The notes under the pieces: model-generated
Databases searched by the model: none
The model's input: only the letters and a program-made list of their open reading frames with translations
What the model was told of the DNA's origin: nothing
Made by a program: the position numbers and the translations under genes
Assembly (NCBI GenBank): GCA_963843975.1
Contig: CAWJMG010000001.1
Span: forward strand, 90,001-122,000
From: an uncultured Actinomycetes bacterium
GTDB lineage: Bacteria > Actinomycetota > Actinomycetes > S36-B12 > CAIYMF01
Direction: 5' to 3'
DNA: 32,000 nucleotides
In this document: positions 10,403 to 19,228 of the stretch, in pieces
Position numbering within the stretch: the first letter of the stretch is position 1
How the letters are laid out: each line of letters starts with the position of its first letter

Positions 10403-12394
10403 TCACGCGGGCTGGAGCAGCCGCGGCAGGCCCTTGGCCGCGCGCACCTCGTCGAGCACCTTGGCCATGATCGTGGTGGCGTCGTAGTCCTTCGGCGTGA
10501 ACACAGCCGCGACCCCCCACTCGATCAGCGTGCGCTCGTCGGCCTCGGGGATGATCCCGCCGACGACGACGGGGACGTCCGCGAGCCCCGCCTCGCGCAG
10601 GCCGTCGAGCACCATCGGCACGAGCTCCAGGTGCGATCCCGACAGGATCGAGAGCCCGACGACGTCGACGTCCTCCTCCACGGCGGCAGCGACGATCTGC
10701 GCCGGCGTGAGGCGGATGCCCTGGTAGACGACCTCGAAGCCTGCGTCGCGAGCACGTACGGCGATCTGCTCGGCGCCGTTGCTGTGACCGTCGAGGCCCG
10801 GCTTGCCGACGAGCATGCGCAGGCGTGCGCCGAGATCCGCGTTCGTGGCCGCGACCGCGGACCGCACGGTCTCGAGCTCGCCCGTCATCGGCCCGACGCC
10901 GACGACTCCGCTGACGCCGGTGGGCGCGCGGTACTCGCCGAACTCCTCGCGCAGCGCCCACGACCACTCGCCGGTGGTCACGCCCGCACGGGCGCATGCG
11001 AGCGTGGCGGGCACGAGGTTGTCGGTGGTGCGCGCGACCCGGCGCAGGTCGGCCAGCGCCGCCTCGACCGCCGCGTCGTCGCGGGACGCGCGCCAGGCCG
11101 CGATGCGCTCGACGGCCGCGGCCTCGACCGCGGGGTCGACGTACTGGATCGCGGTCTCGAGGTCGGCGGTGAGCGGGTTGGGCTCGGTGGTGGTGAACAT
11201 GTTGACGCCGACGACGACCTCCTCGCCGCTCTCGACCTTGCCGCGGCGGGCGGCGTGCGAGGCGACGAGCTGGCCCTTCATGTAGCCGGACTCGACGGCG
11301 GCGACCGCGCCGCCCAGCTCCTGCACGCGGTCGATCTCGGCCGTGGCCTTCGCCACGAGGTCCGCGACCTTCTGCTCGACGACGACGGACCCGGTGAAGA
11401 GGTCGTCGTGCTCGAGCAGGTCGCTCTCGTAGGCGAGCACCTGCTGGATGCGCAGCGACCACTGCTGGTCCCACGGGCGCGGGAGGCCGAGCGCCTCGTT
11501 CCACGCGGGCAGCTGCACGGCGCGGGCGCGGGCGTCCTTGGACAGCGTGACGGCGAGCATCTCGAGCACGATGCGCTGGATGTTGTTCTCGGGCTGCGCC
11601 TCGGTGAGCCCGAGCGAGTTGACCTGCACGCCGTAGCGGAAACGGCGCTGCTTGGCGTCGGCGATGCCGTAGCGGTCGCGCGTGAGGTCGTCCCAGATCT
11701 GGACGAAGGCGCGCATCTTGCACATCTCCTCGACGAAGCGCACACCCGCGTTCACGAAGAACGAGATGCGCGCGACGACCTCGCCGAAGCGGTCGGCCGG
11801 CACCTGGCCGGAGTCGCGCACGGCGTCGAGGACGGCGATAGCGGTGCTGATGGCGTACGCGATCTCCTGCTCGGGCGTCGCCCCGGCCTCCTGCAGGTGA
11901 TAGCTGCAGATGTTGATCGGGTTCCACTTGGGGACGTCGGTCACCGTCCACGCGATCATGTCGGTGATCAGGCGCAGCGAGGGCCCGGGCGGGAAGACGT
12001 ACGTGCCCCGCGACAGGTACTCCTTGATGATGTCGTTCTGCGTCGTGCCCGACAGCGACGAGAACGGCGCGCCCTGCTCCTCGGCCACGGTCGCGTAGAG
12101 CGCGAGCAGCCACATCGCCGTGGCGTTGATCGTCATCGACGTGTTCATGGTGTCGAGCGGGATGCCGTCGAACAGCGCACGCATGTCGCCGATGTGCGAC
12201 ACCGGGACGCCGACCTTGCCGACCTCCCCGCGCGCGAGCAGGTCGTCCGGGTCGTACCCGGTCTGCGTCGGCAGGTCGAAGGCCACCGAGAGGCCGGTCT
12301 GGCCCTTCTCGAGGTTGCGCCGGTAGAGCGCGTTCGACTCCGTCGCCGAGCTGTGCCCGGCGTACGTCCGCATCATCCACGGCTTGTCGCGCAT
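10403..12394 (-). CDS. adenosylcobalamin-dependent acyl-CoA mutase, fused catalytic plus B12-binding domain (MeaA/ethylmalonyl-CoA mutase-like; substrate not assignable from sequence alone)
   Basis: 663 aa. The TIM-barrel mutase domain carries PWMMRTYAGHSSATESNALYRRNLEKGQTGLSVAFDLPTQTGYD. The C-terminal cobalamin-binding domain carries the DxHxxG motif in KPGLDGHSNGAEQIA. AGGAGG overlaps the hbd stop. Confidence 0.85.
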   Translation of the reverse strand: MRDKPWMMRTYAGHSSATESNALYRRNLEKGQTGLSVAFDLPTQTGYDPDDLLARGEVGKVGVPVSHIGDMRALFDGIPLDTMNTSMTINATAMWLLALYATVAEEQGAPFSSLSGTTQNDIIKEYLSRGTYVFPPGPSLRLITDMIAWTVTDVPKWNPINICSYHLQEAGATPEQEIAYAISTAIAVLDAVRDSGQVPADRFGEVVARISFFVNAGVRFVEEMCKMRAFVQIWDDLTRDRYGIADAKQRRFRYGVQVNSLGLTEAQPENNIQRIVLEMLAVTLSKDARARAVQLPAWNEALGLPRPWDQQWSLRIQQVLAYESDLLEHDDLFTGSVVVEQKVADLVAKATAEIDRVQELGGAVAAVESGYMKGQLVASHAARRGKVESGEEVVVGVNMFTTTEPNPLTADLETAIQYVDPAVEAAAVERIAAWRASRDDAAVEAALADLRRVARTTDNLVPATLACARAGVTTGEWSWALREEFGEYRAPTGVSGVVGVGPMTGELETVRSAVAATNADLGARLRMLVGKPGLDGHSNGAEQIAVRARDAGFEVVYQGIRLTPAQIVAAAVEEDVDVVGLSILSGSHLELVPMVLDGLREAGLADVPVVVGGIIPEADERTLIEWGVAAVFTPKDYDATTIMAKVLDEVRAAKGLPRLLQPA

Positions 12395-12403
12395 GACGTC
12401 CTC

Positions 12404-13255
12404 CTAGCCGTGCGAGTAGAAGCCGCGGCCGGTCTTGCGGCCGAGGTCGCCCGCCGCCACCATCCGGCGCAGGAGCTCGGGGGCTGCGAACTTCTCGTCC
12501 TGGGTGTCGAGGTACACGTTCGTCGCGGCGTTCAGCATGATGTCGACGCCGGTGAGGTCGATCGTCTCGAGCGGGCCCATCGCGTGCCCGAAGCCGAGGC
12601 GGCACGCGGTGTCGATGTCCTCGGCGCTGGCGACACCGCTCTCGAGCAGGGCCACGGCCTCCATTGCGAGCGCGCTGATGAGCCGCGTGGTGACGAAGCC
12701 GGCGACATCGCGGTTGACGACGATGCAGGTCTTGCCCACGCCCTCGGCGAACTCCCGCGCCACGGCGAGAGCCTCGTCCGAGGTCTTGTAGCCGCGGACG
12801 AGCTCGCAGAGCTTCATCATCGGGACGGGCGAGAAGAAGTGGGTGCCGACCACGCGCTCGGGGCGGGTGGTGGCCGCGGCGATCGACGTGATCGGGATGG
12901 CCGAGGTGTTCGACGCCAGCGTCGTGCCGTCGCCGCAGAGGCGGTCGAGCTCGGCGAAGAGCTCGGCCTTGACCTCGAGCTTCTCGAACACAGCCTCGAC
13001 CACGAGGTCTGCGGGGGCCACGTCGGCCAGCTCCGTGGTGGGCGTGATCCGGGCCAGCGCCGCGTCGCGGTCCTCGGCGCTCATGCGCCCCTTGTCGACG
13101 AACCGGTCGTACGACGTGCGGATCGCGCCGAGACCGCGCTCGAGCGCCTCGGGGGTGACGTCGCGGAGGATCACGTCGTACCCGGCCTGCGCGGCGACCT
13201 GGGCGATCCCACCGCCCATGAGGCCCGCACCGATGACGGCGACCTGCTGAACCAT
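12404..13255 (-). CDS. 3-hydroxybutyryl-CoA dehydrogenase
   Basis: Track ORF 12404..13357, trimmed to ATG 13255 (MVQQVAVIGAGLMGGGIAQV) with GGAGGA 7 nt upstream. It contains NTSAIPIT, HFFSPVPMMKLCELV and [11 protein letters not shown]. Confidence 0.9.
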   Translation of the reverse strand: MVQQVAVIGAGLMGGGIAQVAAQAGYDVILRDVTPEALERGLGAIRTSYDRFVDKGRMSAEDRDAALARITPTTELADVAPADLVVEAVFEKLEVKAELFAELDRLCGDGTTLASNTSAIPITSIAAATTRPERVVGTHFFSPVPMMKLCELVRGYKTSDEALAVAREFAEGVGKTCIVVNRDVAGFVTTRLISALAMEAVALLESGVASAEDIDTACRLGFGHAMGPLETIDLTGVDIMLNAATNVYLDTQDEKFAAPELLRRMVAAGDLGRKTGRGFYSHG

Positions 13256-13363
13256 GACCATTCCTCCGGTTATCGCTCGCTCACTCGACGCCCCCACAGT
13301 AGGGCCCGCCTGTACCGGGGCGGCGCGGTGGCCAGGCCGGGCCGGAGGGCGCACCATGGGCCG

Positions 13364-13684
13364 GTGAACGGCACGAGCGCCTCCTTCCTCTTCGGCCCGA
13401 TCATCGCGTTCGCGGGTGTCGGGATCCTCGTGCTGCTCCTGCGCTGGACCTTCCGCAGCGGCGTGTCGGTGGTGGCCCGCAAGCCCAAGGCCGGCGGCGA
13501 GGACGAGTACGGCCTTCTCGTGCCCGTCGCCTCGCCCGGCACGTACGTCGAGGGCGAGATCATGCGCCGCACGCTCGAGGACGCGCGGATCAGGGCCACG
13601 CTGACCCAGACGCTGGCCGGGCCGCGGGTGATGGTGTTCCCCGACGACGAGACGCGGGCCCGGGAGATCCTCGGGGGCCGCTAG
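13364..13684 (+). CDS. small membrane-anchored hypothetical protein
   Basis: This is the only coherent tail of the 1309-aa shadow ORF 9755..13684. It reads VNGTSASFLFGPIIAFAGVGILVLLLRW (one TM), followed by a soluble ~70-aa domain. The start is uncertain: GTG 13364 or GTG 13328. Confidence 0.5.
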   Translation: MNGTSASFLFGPIIAFAGVGILVLLLRWTFRSGVSVVARKPKAGGEDEYGLLVPVASPGTYVEGEIMRRTLEDARIRATLTQTLAGPRVMVFPDDETRAREILGGR

Positions 13685-13690
13685 GGCTGG

Positions 13691-14953
13691 TCAGACGTCG
13701 ATGCGCGTGACGTCGGCGCCGAGGCGCACGAGGTCGTCGATGAAGCCGTCGTAGCCGCGGTCGACGTGGTGCGGCTCGTACACCGTGGTGCAGCCCTCTG
13801 CGACGAGGCCGGCGAGCACGAGCCCGGCGCCGGCGCGGATGTCGGCGGCCTCGACCGGCGCCCCCGAGAGCGTGTCGCGGCCGCGCACCATGGCGTGATG
13901 TCCGTCGGTGCGGACGTCGGCCCCGAGGCGGACCATCTCGTTGACGAAGCGGAACCGCGCCTCGAAGAGGTTCTCGGTGACCATCGCCGAGCCGTGGGCG
14001 ATCGAGTTGAGCGCGATGAACTGCGGCTGCAGGTCGGTCGGGAACCCGGGGTACGGCAGCGTGACGACGTCGACCGCGCGCGGCCGGTCATGGCACGCGA
14101 CGCGGAAGCCGTCGGACACCTCGTCGACGATCGCGCCCGCGCGCACGAGCTTGTCGAGCGCGATCTCGAGCTGGCCGGCGACGGCGTTGTGGATCGTGAT
14201 GTCGCCGCGCGTCATCACCGCGCCGACGGCCCACGTGCCGGCGACGAGCCGGTCGGGGACGGTCGTGTGCTCGACGGGCGACAGCGTCTCGACGCCCTCG
14301 ATCACGAGGGTCGAGGTGCCGACGCCCTCGATCTGGGCACCCATCTCCTGCAGCATCGTGCAGATGTCGACGATCTCCGGCTCGCGCGCGGCGTTGTCGA
14401 TGACGGTCGTGCCCTTGGCGAGCACGGCGGCCATGAGGAGGTTCTCGGTGGCGCCGACGCTCGGGAAGTCGAGCCACACGGTGGCGCCGTGGAGGCGCTC
14501 GTCCCGGGTCGCGATGAGGAAGCCGTGCTCGGAGCGCACGGTGGCGCCGAGGCGCTCGAGGCCGGCGATGTGCATGTCGAGGCCGCGGCTGCCGATGTTG
14601 TCGCCGCCCGGCAGCGCGACGTCGGCCTCGCCGCAGCGGGCGAGCAGCGGGCCCAGCACGTTGATCGAGGCCCGGAGCTTGCGGACCAGGTCGTAGTCGG
14701 CCTTGTGATGCGGCACCTCGGGCACCGTGATGCTCACCGACCGCGTGGCGCGGTCGCGGACGACGTCGCAGCCCAGGCGGCGCAGCAGCTCGGCCATGTA
14801 CTCGACGTCGAGGATGTCCGGCACCTCGTGGAGCACGCTCGTGCCCTCGGCCAGCAAGGAGGCGGCCATGAGCTTGAGCACGCTGTTCTTGGCCCCGGTG
14901 ACCCGCACCTCGCCGGCCAGCCGGGCCCCGCCCACGATCCGGAAGGCCTCCAC
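13691..14953 (-). CDS. murA: UDP-N-acetylglucosamine 1-carboxyvinyltransferase
   Basis: Track ORF 13691..15571, trimmed to GTG 14953. That gives [34 protein letters not shown], the canonical MurA N-terminus. Homology runs the full length ([24 protein letters not shown]). Confidence 0.92.
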   Translation of the reverse strand: MEAFRIVGGARLAGEVRVTGAKNSVLKLMAASLLAEGTSVLHEVPDILDVEYMAELLRRLGCDVVRDRATRSVSITVPEVPHHKADYDLVRKLRASINVLGPLLARCGEADVALPGGDNIGSRGLDMHIAGLERLGATVRSEHGFLIATRDERLHGATVWLDFPSVGATENLLMAAVLAKGTTVIDNAAREPEIVDICTMLQEMGAQIEGVGTSTLVIEGVETLSPVEHTTVPDRLVAGTWAVGAVMTRGDITIHNAVAGQLEIALDKLVRAGAIVDEVSDGFRVACHDRPRAVDVVTLPYPGFPTDLQPQFIALNSIAHGSAMVTENLFEARFRFVNEMVRLGADVRTDGHHAMVRGRDTLSGAPVEAADIRAGAGLVLAGLVAEGCTTVYEPHHVDRGYDGFIDDLVRLGADVTRIDV

Positions 14954-14960
14954 GGCCCCG

Positions 14961-14966
14961 AGGATA
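14961..14966 (-). promoter_or_regulatory. -10-like hexamer TATCCT, 7 nt before the murA GTG (leaderless)
   Basis: The reverse strand reads TATCCT-cggggcc-GTG. There is no SD. Confidence 0.35.
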
Positions 14967-15048
14967 GGCCGTCGGGAGGCCTGCCGGTTACCAGCCGGTA
15001 CGTGATCCACGGCCCACGCCGCGGGAGGCCGTCCGGAACCCGCACGGT

Positions 15049-15054
15049 TAGGCT
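15049..15054 (+). promoter_or_regulatory. -10-like hexamer TAGGCT, 7 nt before the pduO ATG (leaderless)
   Basis: TAGGCT-cggcggc-ATG. The identical hexamer is used at atpI. Confidence 0.35.
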
Positions 15055-15061
15055 CGGCGGC

Positions 15062-15638
15062 ATGGTCAACCTCACCCGCATCTACACGCGCACAGGCGAC
15101 GACGGCACGACGAACCTCGGCGACCTGTCCCGGGTGAGCAAGAACGACCCGCGCCTCCTGGCGTACGCCGACACCGACGAGGCCAACTCCTCGATCGGCG
15201 TCGCCATCGCCCTCGGCGGCCTCTCCGAGGACGTCGTGGCGCTGCTCACGCGCATCCAGAACGATCTGTTCGACGTCGGCGCCGACCTCTGCACCCCGAT
15301 CGTCGAGAACCCGCAGTACCCACCGCTGCGCGTGCTCCCGGACTACGTCGAGCGGCTCGAGGCGGCCTGCGACGAGTACAACGAGCAGCTCGAGGCGCTC
15401 CGCTCGTTCATCCTGCCCGGCGGCACGCCCGGGTCTGCCCTGCTGCACGTCTCCCGCACGGTCGTACGCCGGGCCGAGCGCCAGACCTGGGCGGCGCTCG
15501 AGGCTCCACGGCGACACGATGAACGAGCTCACGGCGACGTACCTCAACCGCCTGTCCGACCTGCTGTTCATCCTCGCCCGTCACGCCAACCTGTCCGTCG
15601 GCGGCGACGTGCTCTGGAAGCCGGGCGGAGAGCGCTAG
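15062..15638 (+). pseudogene. pduO: PduO-type ATP:cob(I)alamin adenosyltransferase, frame broken by one extra base near 15506-15507
   Basis: From ATG 15062 it reads [29 protein letters not shown]...[22 protein letters not shown], then the frame degenerates. The +1 frame continues [43 protein letters not shown], ending at TAG 15636-15638. The span is 577 nt (3n+1). Confidence 0.85.
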
Positions 15639-16256
15639 CTAGACGAGCGCCTCGCCGCCGGTCTTCGCGAGCTCCGCGGCGATCTGGCGCATCACGTCGT
15701 CCCACTCGTCCTGCGGCATCGGCGGGATGCAGTCGCTCCAGTCCGACAAGGACGAGCCGCGCAGCTGCAGCACGCCCTCGGGCCGCCCGAAGAACCACCA
15801 GTGCAGGTGGCGTCCCCCGTCGCCCACCTTCCACACGTGCACCCGCCCGACGCCGCCCAGCGCGTGCATCGCGTGGGACAGCCGCACCTGCAGCCAGCCC
15901 ATGTCGCGGGCGAGCTCCTCGGGCAGCTCTTCGTGGTCGTAGTGGTCGACGGGCAGCAGCAGCACGATCGGGATGGAGGCCGGCTCGCGCAGGCCGATCA
16001 GGGTCCACCTGCCGTCGGTCCAGATCGCGCCGTCGGTGCCGCGACCGCAGGAATCGCACGGGTTGTCGCCCTCGCCGCTGCGGTGCGGCTCGGGCAGCAC
16101 GGGGTCCTGCAGAGGCGTGACGCGGATGTCGCCCTCGAACGGGAAGATGTCCCAGCCCGCCACGTCGGGCATCGGCAGGTGCCCGCCGTTGGCCGCCTCG
16201 GCGGCCCGCACCCGGGCCATGAGCCTCGCGTTCCTGGGATGCAGCTCGGTCGCCAT
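15639..16256 (-). CDS. HIT-like superfamily hypothetical protein
   Basis: 205 aa. It has a CDSC motif and a histidine-triad-like [13 protein letters not shown]. It is convergent with pduO, and the two stops abut as TAGCTA. Confidence 0.5.
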   Translation of the reverse strand: MATELHPRNARLMARVRAAEAANGGHLPMPDVAGWDIFPFEGDIRVTPLQDPVLPEPHRSGEGDNPCDSCGRGTDGAIWTDGRWTLIGLREPASIPIVLLLPVDHYDHEELPEELARDMGWLQVRLSHAMHALGGVGRVHVWKVGDGGRHLHWWFFGRPEGVLQLRGSSLSDWSDCIPPMPQDEWDDVMRQIAAELAKTGGEALV

Positions 16257-16262
16257 GCCCCG

Positions 16263-16268
16263 ACCCTA
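16263..16268 (-). promoter_or_regulatory. -10-like hexamer TAGGGT, 6 nt before the ATG of the HIT-like gene (leaderless)
   Basis: The reverse strand reads TAGGGT-cggggc-ATG. Confidence 0.3.
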
Positions 16269-16287
16269 TGCAGGCGTCCGCCGGGTG

Positions 16288-16357
16288 GGAGGGGCTCCGG
16301 CATCTTCCTGGCCCGGGAGCAGAGAAAGCCGGTCCAGGAAGACGCCGGAGCCCCTCC
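16288..16357. repeat. 24-bp inverted repeat with a 22-nt loop
   Basis: The left arm is GGAGGGGCTCCGGCATCTTCCTGG (16288-16311). The right arm is CCAGGAAGACGCCGGAGCCCCTCC (16334-16357). There is one mismatch, which becomes a G-U pair in the minus-strand RNA. Confidence 0.6.
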
Positions 16358-16377
16358 TCCTTCCCCCCCGAACAGCA

Positions 16378-16407
16378 GAACGGCCGGTCCGCTCGGACCG
16401 GCCGTTC
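16378..16407 (-). terminator. atp operon terminator hairpin
   Basis: Perfect 13-bp stem GAACGGCCGGTCC / GGACCGGCCGTTC with a 4-nt loop, lying 25 nt after the atpC stop. On the minus strand it is followed by TGCTGTTCGG. Confidence 0.7.
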
Positions 16408-16431
16408 TGGCGTGCTGTGCGAGCTGCTGGA

Positions 16432-16850
16432 TCAGCGGCCGCCGGCCGCGTGCTCCTTGTGCTGCTCGGCGAGGGCGACCTTGAGGCGCACCTCGGCGCG
16501 CTCGATGGCGGCCATCTCGTCCGGGGTGTCGGCGCCGGCCGCCTTGGCCCGCTCGAGAGCGAGGCGCGCGCGGTCGACGTCGATCTCGCCGGAGAGGCTC
16601 GGCGCTCTCGGCGAGGATCGAGACGTTGTCGGAGTCGACCGAGAAGAACCCGCCGTGCACCGCGGCCGAGATGACGGTGCCCTCGGTCGTGGTGATGCGG
16701 ACCGGGCTGTTCGCCAGCAGCGCGAGCACGGGCTCGTGCCGGGGCAGGATGCCGATCTCGCCCTCGAGGGTCTTGGCGACCACCATCGTCGCCGTGCCCG
16801 ACCAGATCTTGCGGTCGACCGCGACGAGGCTGACGTTGAGCCTCTGCCAT
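16432..16850 (-). pseudogene. atpC: F0F1 ATP synthase subunit epsilon, frame broken twice (one extra base near 16841 and one near 16597)
   Basis: ATG 16850 follows the atpD stop by 2 nt (TGACCATG). Three frames carry consecutive pieces. The first is MAE. The second is [42 protein letters not shown]...SILAESAE. The third is [21 protein letters not shown]...[11 protein letters not shown]. The span is 419 nt (3n+2). The repaired product would be 138 aa. Confidence 0.88.
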
Positions 16851-16852
16851 GG

Positions 16853-18304
<1,452 letters not shown>

Positions 18305-19216
18305 CTATGCCGATGCGGAGAGTGCGTCGGCGCCGCCGACGATCTCGCTGATCTCTTGGGTGATCTCTGCCTGACGCGCCTGGTTCGCCTGGCGGCTGAG
18401 GGTCTTGATGAGCTCCTCAGCGTTGTCGGTCGCGGCCTTCATGGCGCGGCGACGGGCGGCGTGCTCGGACGCCGCACCGAGCAGCAGCGCCGTGAACACG
18501 ATGTTCTCGATGTACTTCGGGAGCAACGAGTCGAGGACGGCCTGGCCGCTCGGCTCGAACTCGTACAGCGGGAAGGGGCCCTGGCCGGCCGCTGCGGCCT
18601 GCTCGGCCGTCTGCTCGACGACCTCGAGGGGCAGCGCACGACGGACCCGCACGGTCTGGGTGACCATGTTCTCGAAGTGCGTGTAGACGATGTGGATCTC
18701 GTCGACGCCGCCCTCCTCGGTGGGCAGGAGGAACGCCTCGAGCAGGGCCTCGGCGATCTCCTTGGCGTGGGCGTAGTCGGGCTGGTCGCTGAAACCGGTC
18801 CAGGACGCAGCCACCTCGCGGCCGCGGAAGCGGTAGTAGCCCACGGCCTTGCGACCGACCAGGAACGGCACCGCGGTGACGCCCTGCTCGCGCAGCAGGC
18901 TGGTGAGCTGCTCGCCCTCCTTGATCGTCGCCGAGCTGTACGCGCCGGCGAGACCACGGTCCGAGGTGATGATGAGCACAGCAGCGCGCTCGCGCTGCCT
19001 CTGCTCGGTCTGGGTCAGCGGGTGACCGCCGCCCGTGTGCGAGGCCGCCGCGGAGATCGCCCGGATCAGCTCGCGGGTGTACGGCAGTGCCGCGTCCACC
19101 CGCTGCTGCGCCTTGACGATGCGCGACGAGGCGATGAGCTCCATCGCCTTGGTGATCTTCTTCGTCGACTGGACCGTCTTGATCCGTCGGCGATAGATCC
19201 TCTGCTGTGCACCCAT
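18305..19216 (-). CDS. atpG: F0F1 ATP synthase subunit gamma
   Basis: 303 aa, intact. The N-terminus reads RRRIKTVQSTKKITKAMELIA and the C-terminus ITQEISEIVGGA. Confidence 0.95.
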   Translation of the reverse strand: MGAQQRIYRRRIKTVQSTKKITKAMELIASSRIVKAQQRVDAALPYTRELIRAISAAASHTGGGHPLTQTEQRQRERAAVLIITSDRGLAGAYSSATIKEGEQLTSLLREQGVTAVPFLVGRKAVGYYRFRGREVAASWTGFSDQPDYAHAKEIAEALLEAFLLPTEEGGVDEIHIVYTHFENMVTQTVRVRRALPLEVVEQTAEQAAAAGQGPFPLYEFEPSGQAVLDSLLPKYIENIVFTALLLGAASEHAARRRAMKAATDNAEELIKTLSRQANQARQAEITQEISEIVGGADALSASA

Positions 19217-19228
19217 GGGGGCCTGACC

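Noticed and set aside
9755-13363. The first ~1200 codons of the 1309-aa plus-strand ORF 9755..13684.
   Set aside because: This part is antisense to the phosphatase, mutase and hbd genes and has low-complexity R/G/D/A-rich sequence. Only its last ~107 codons (13364-13684) look like a real protein.
13691-15571. N-terminal extensions offered by the ORF track for murA (626 aa), prfA (431 aa), rpmE (123 aa), hbd (317 aa), atpH (420 aa) and the Vps62-like gene (664 aa).
   Set aside because: The extensions are junk-composition read-through of upstream intergenic or neighbouring-gene sequence. Internal starts give canonical family N-termini and have an RBS or a leaderless -10 hexamer.
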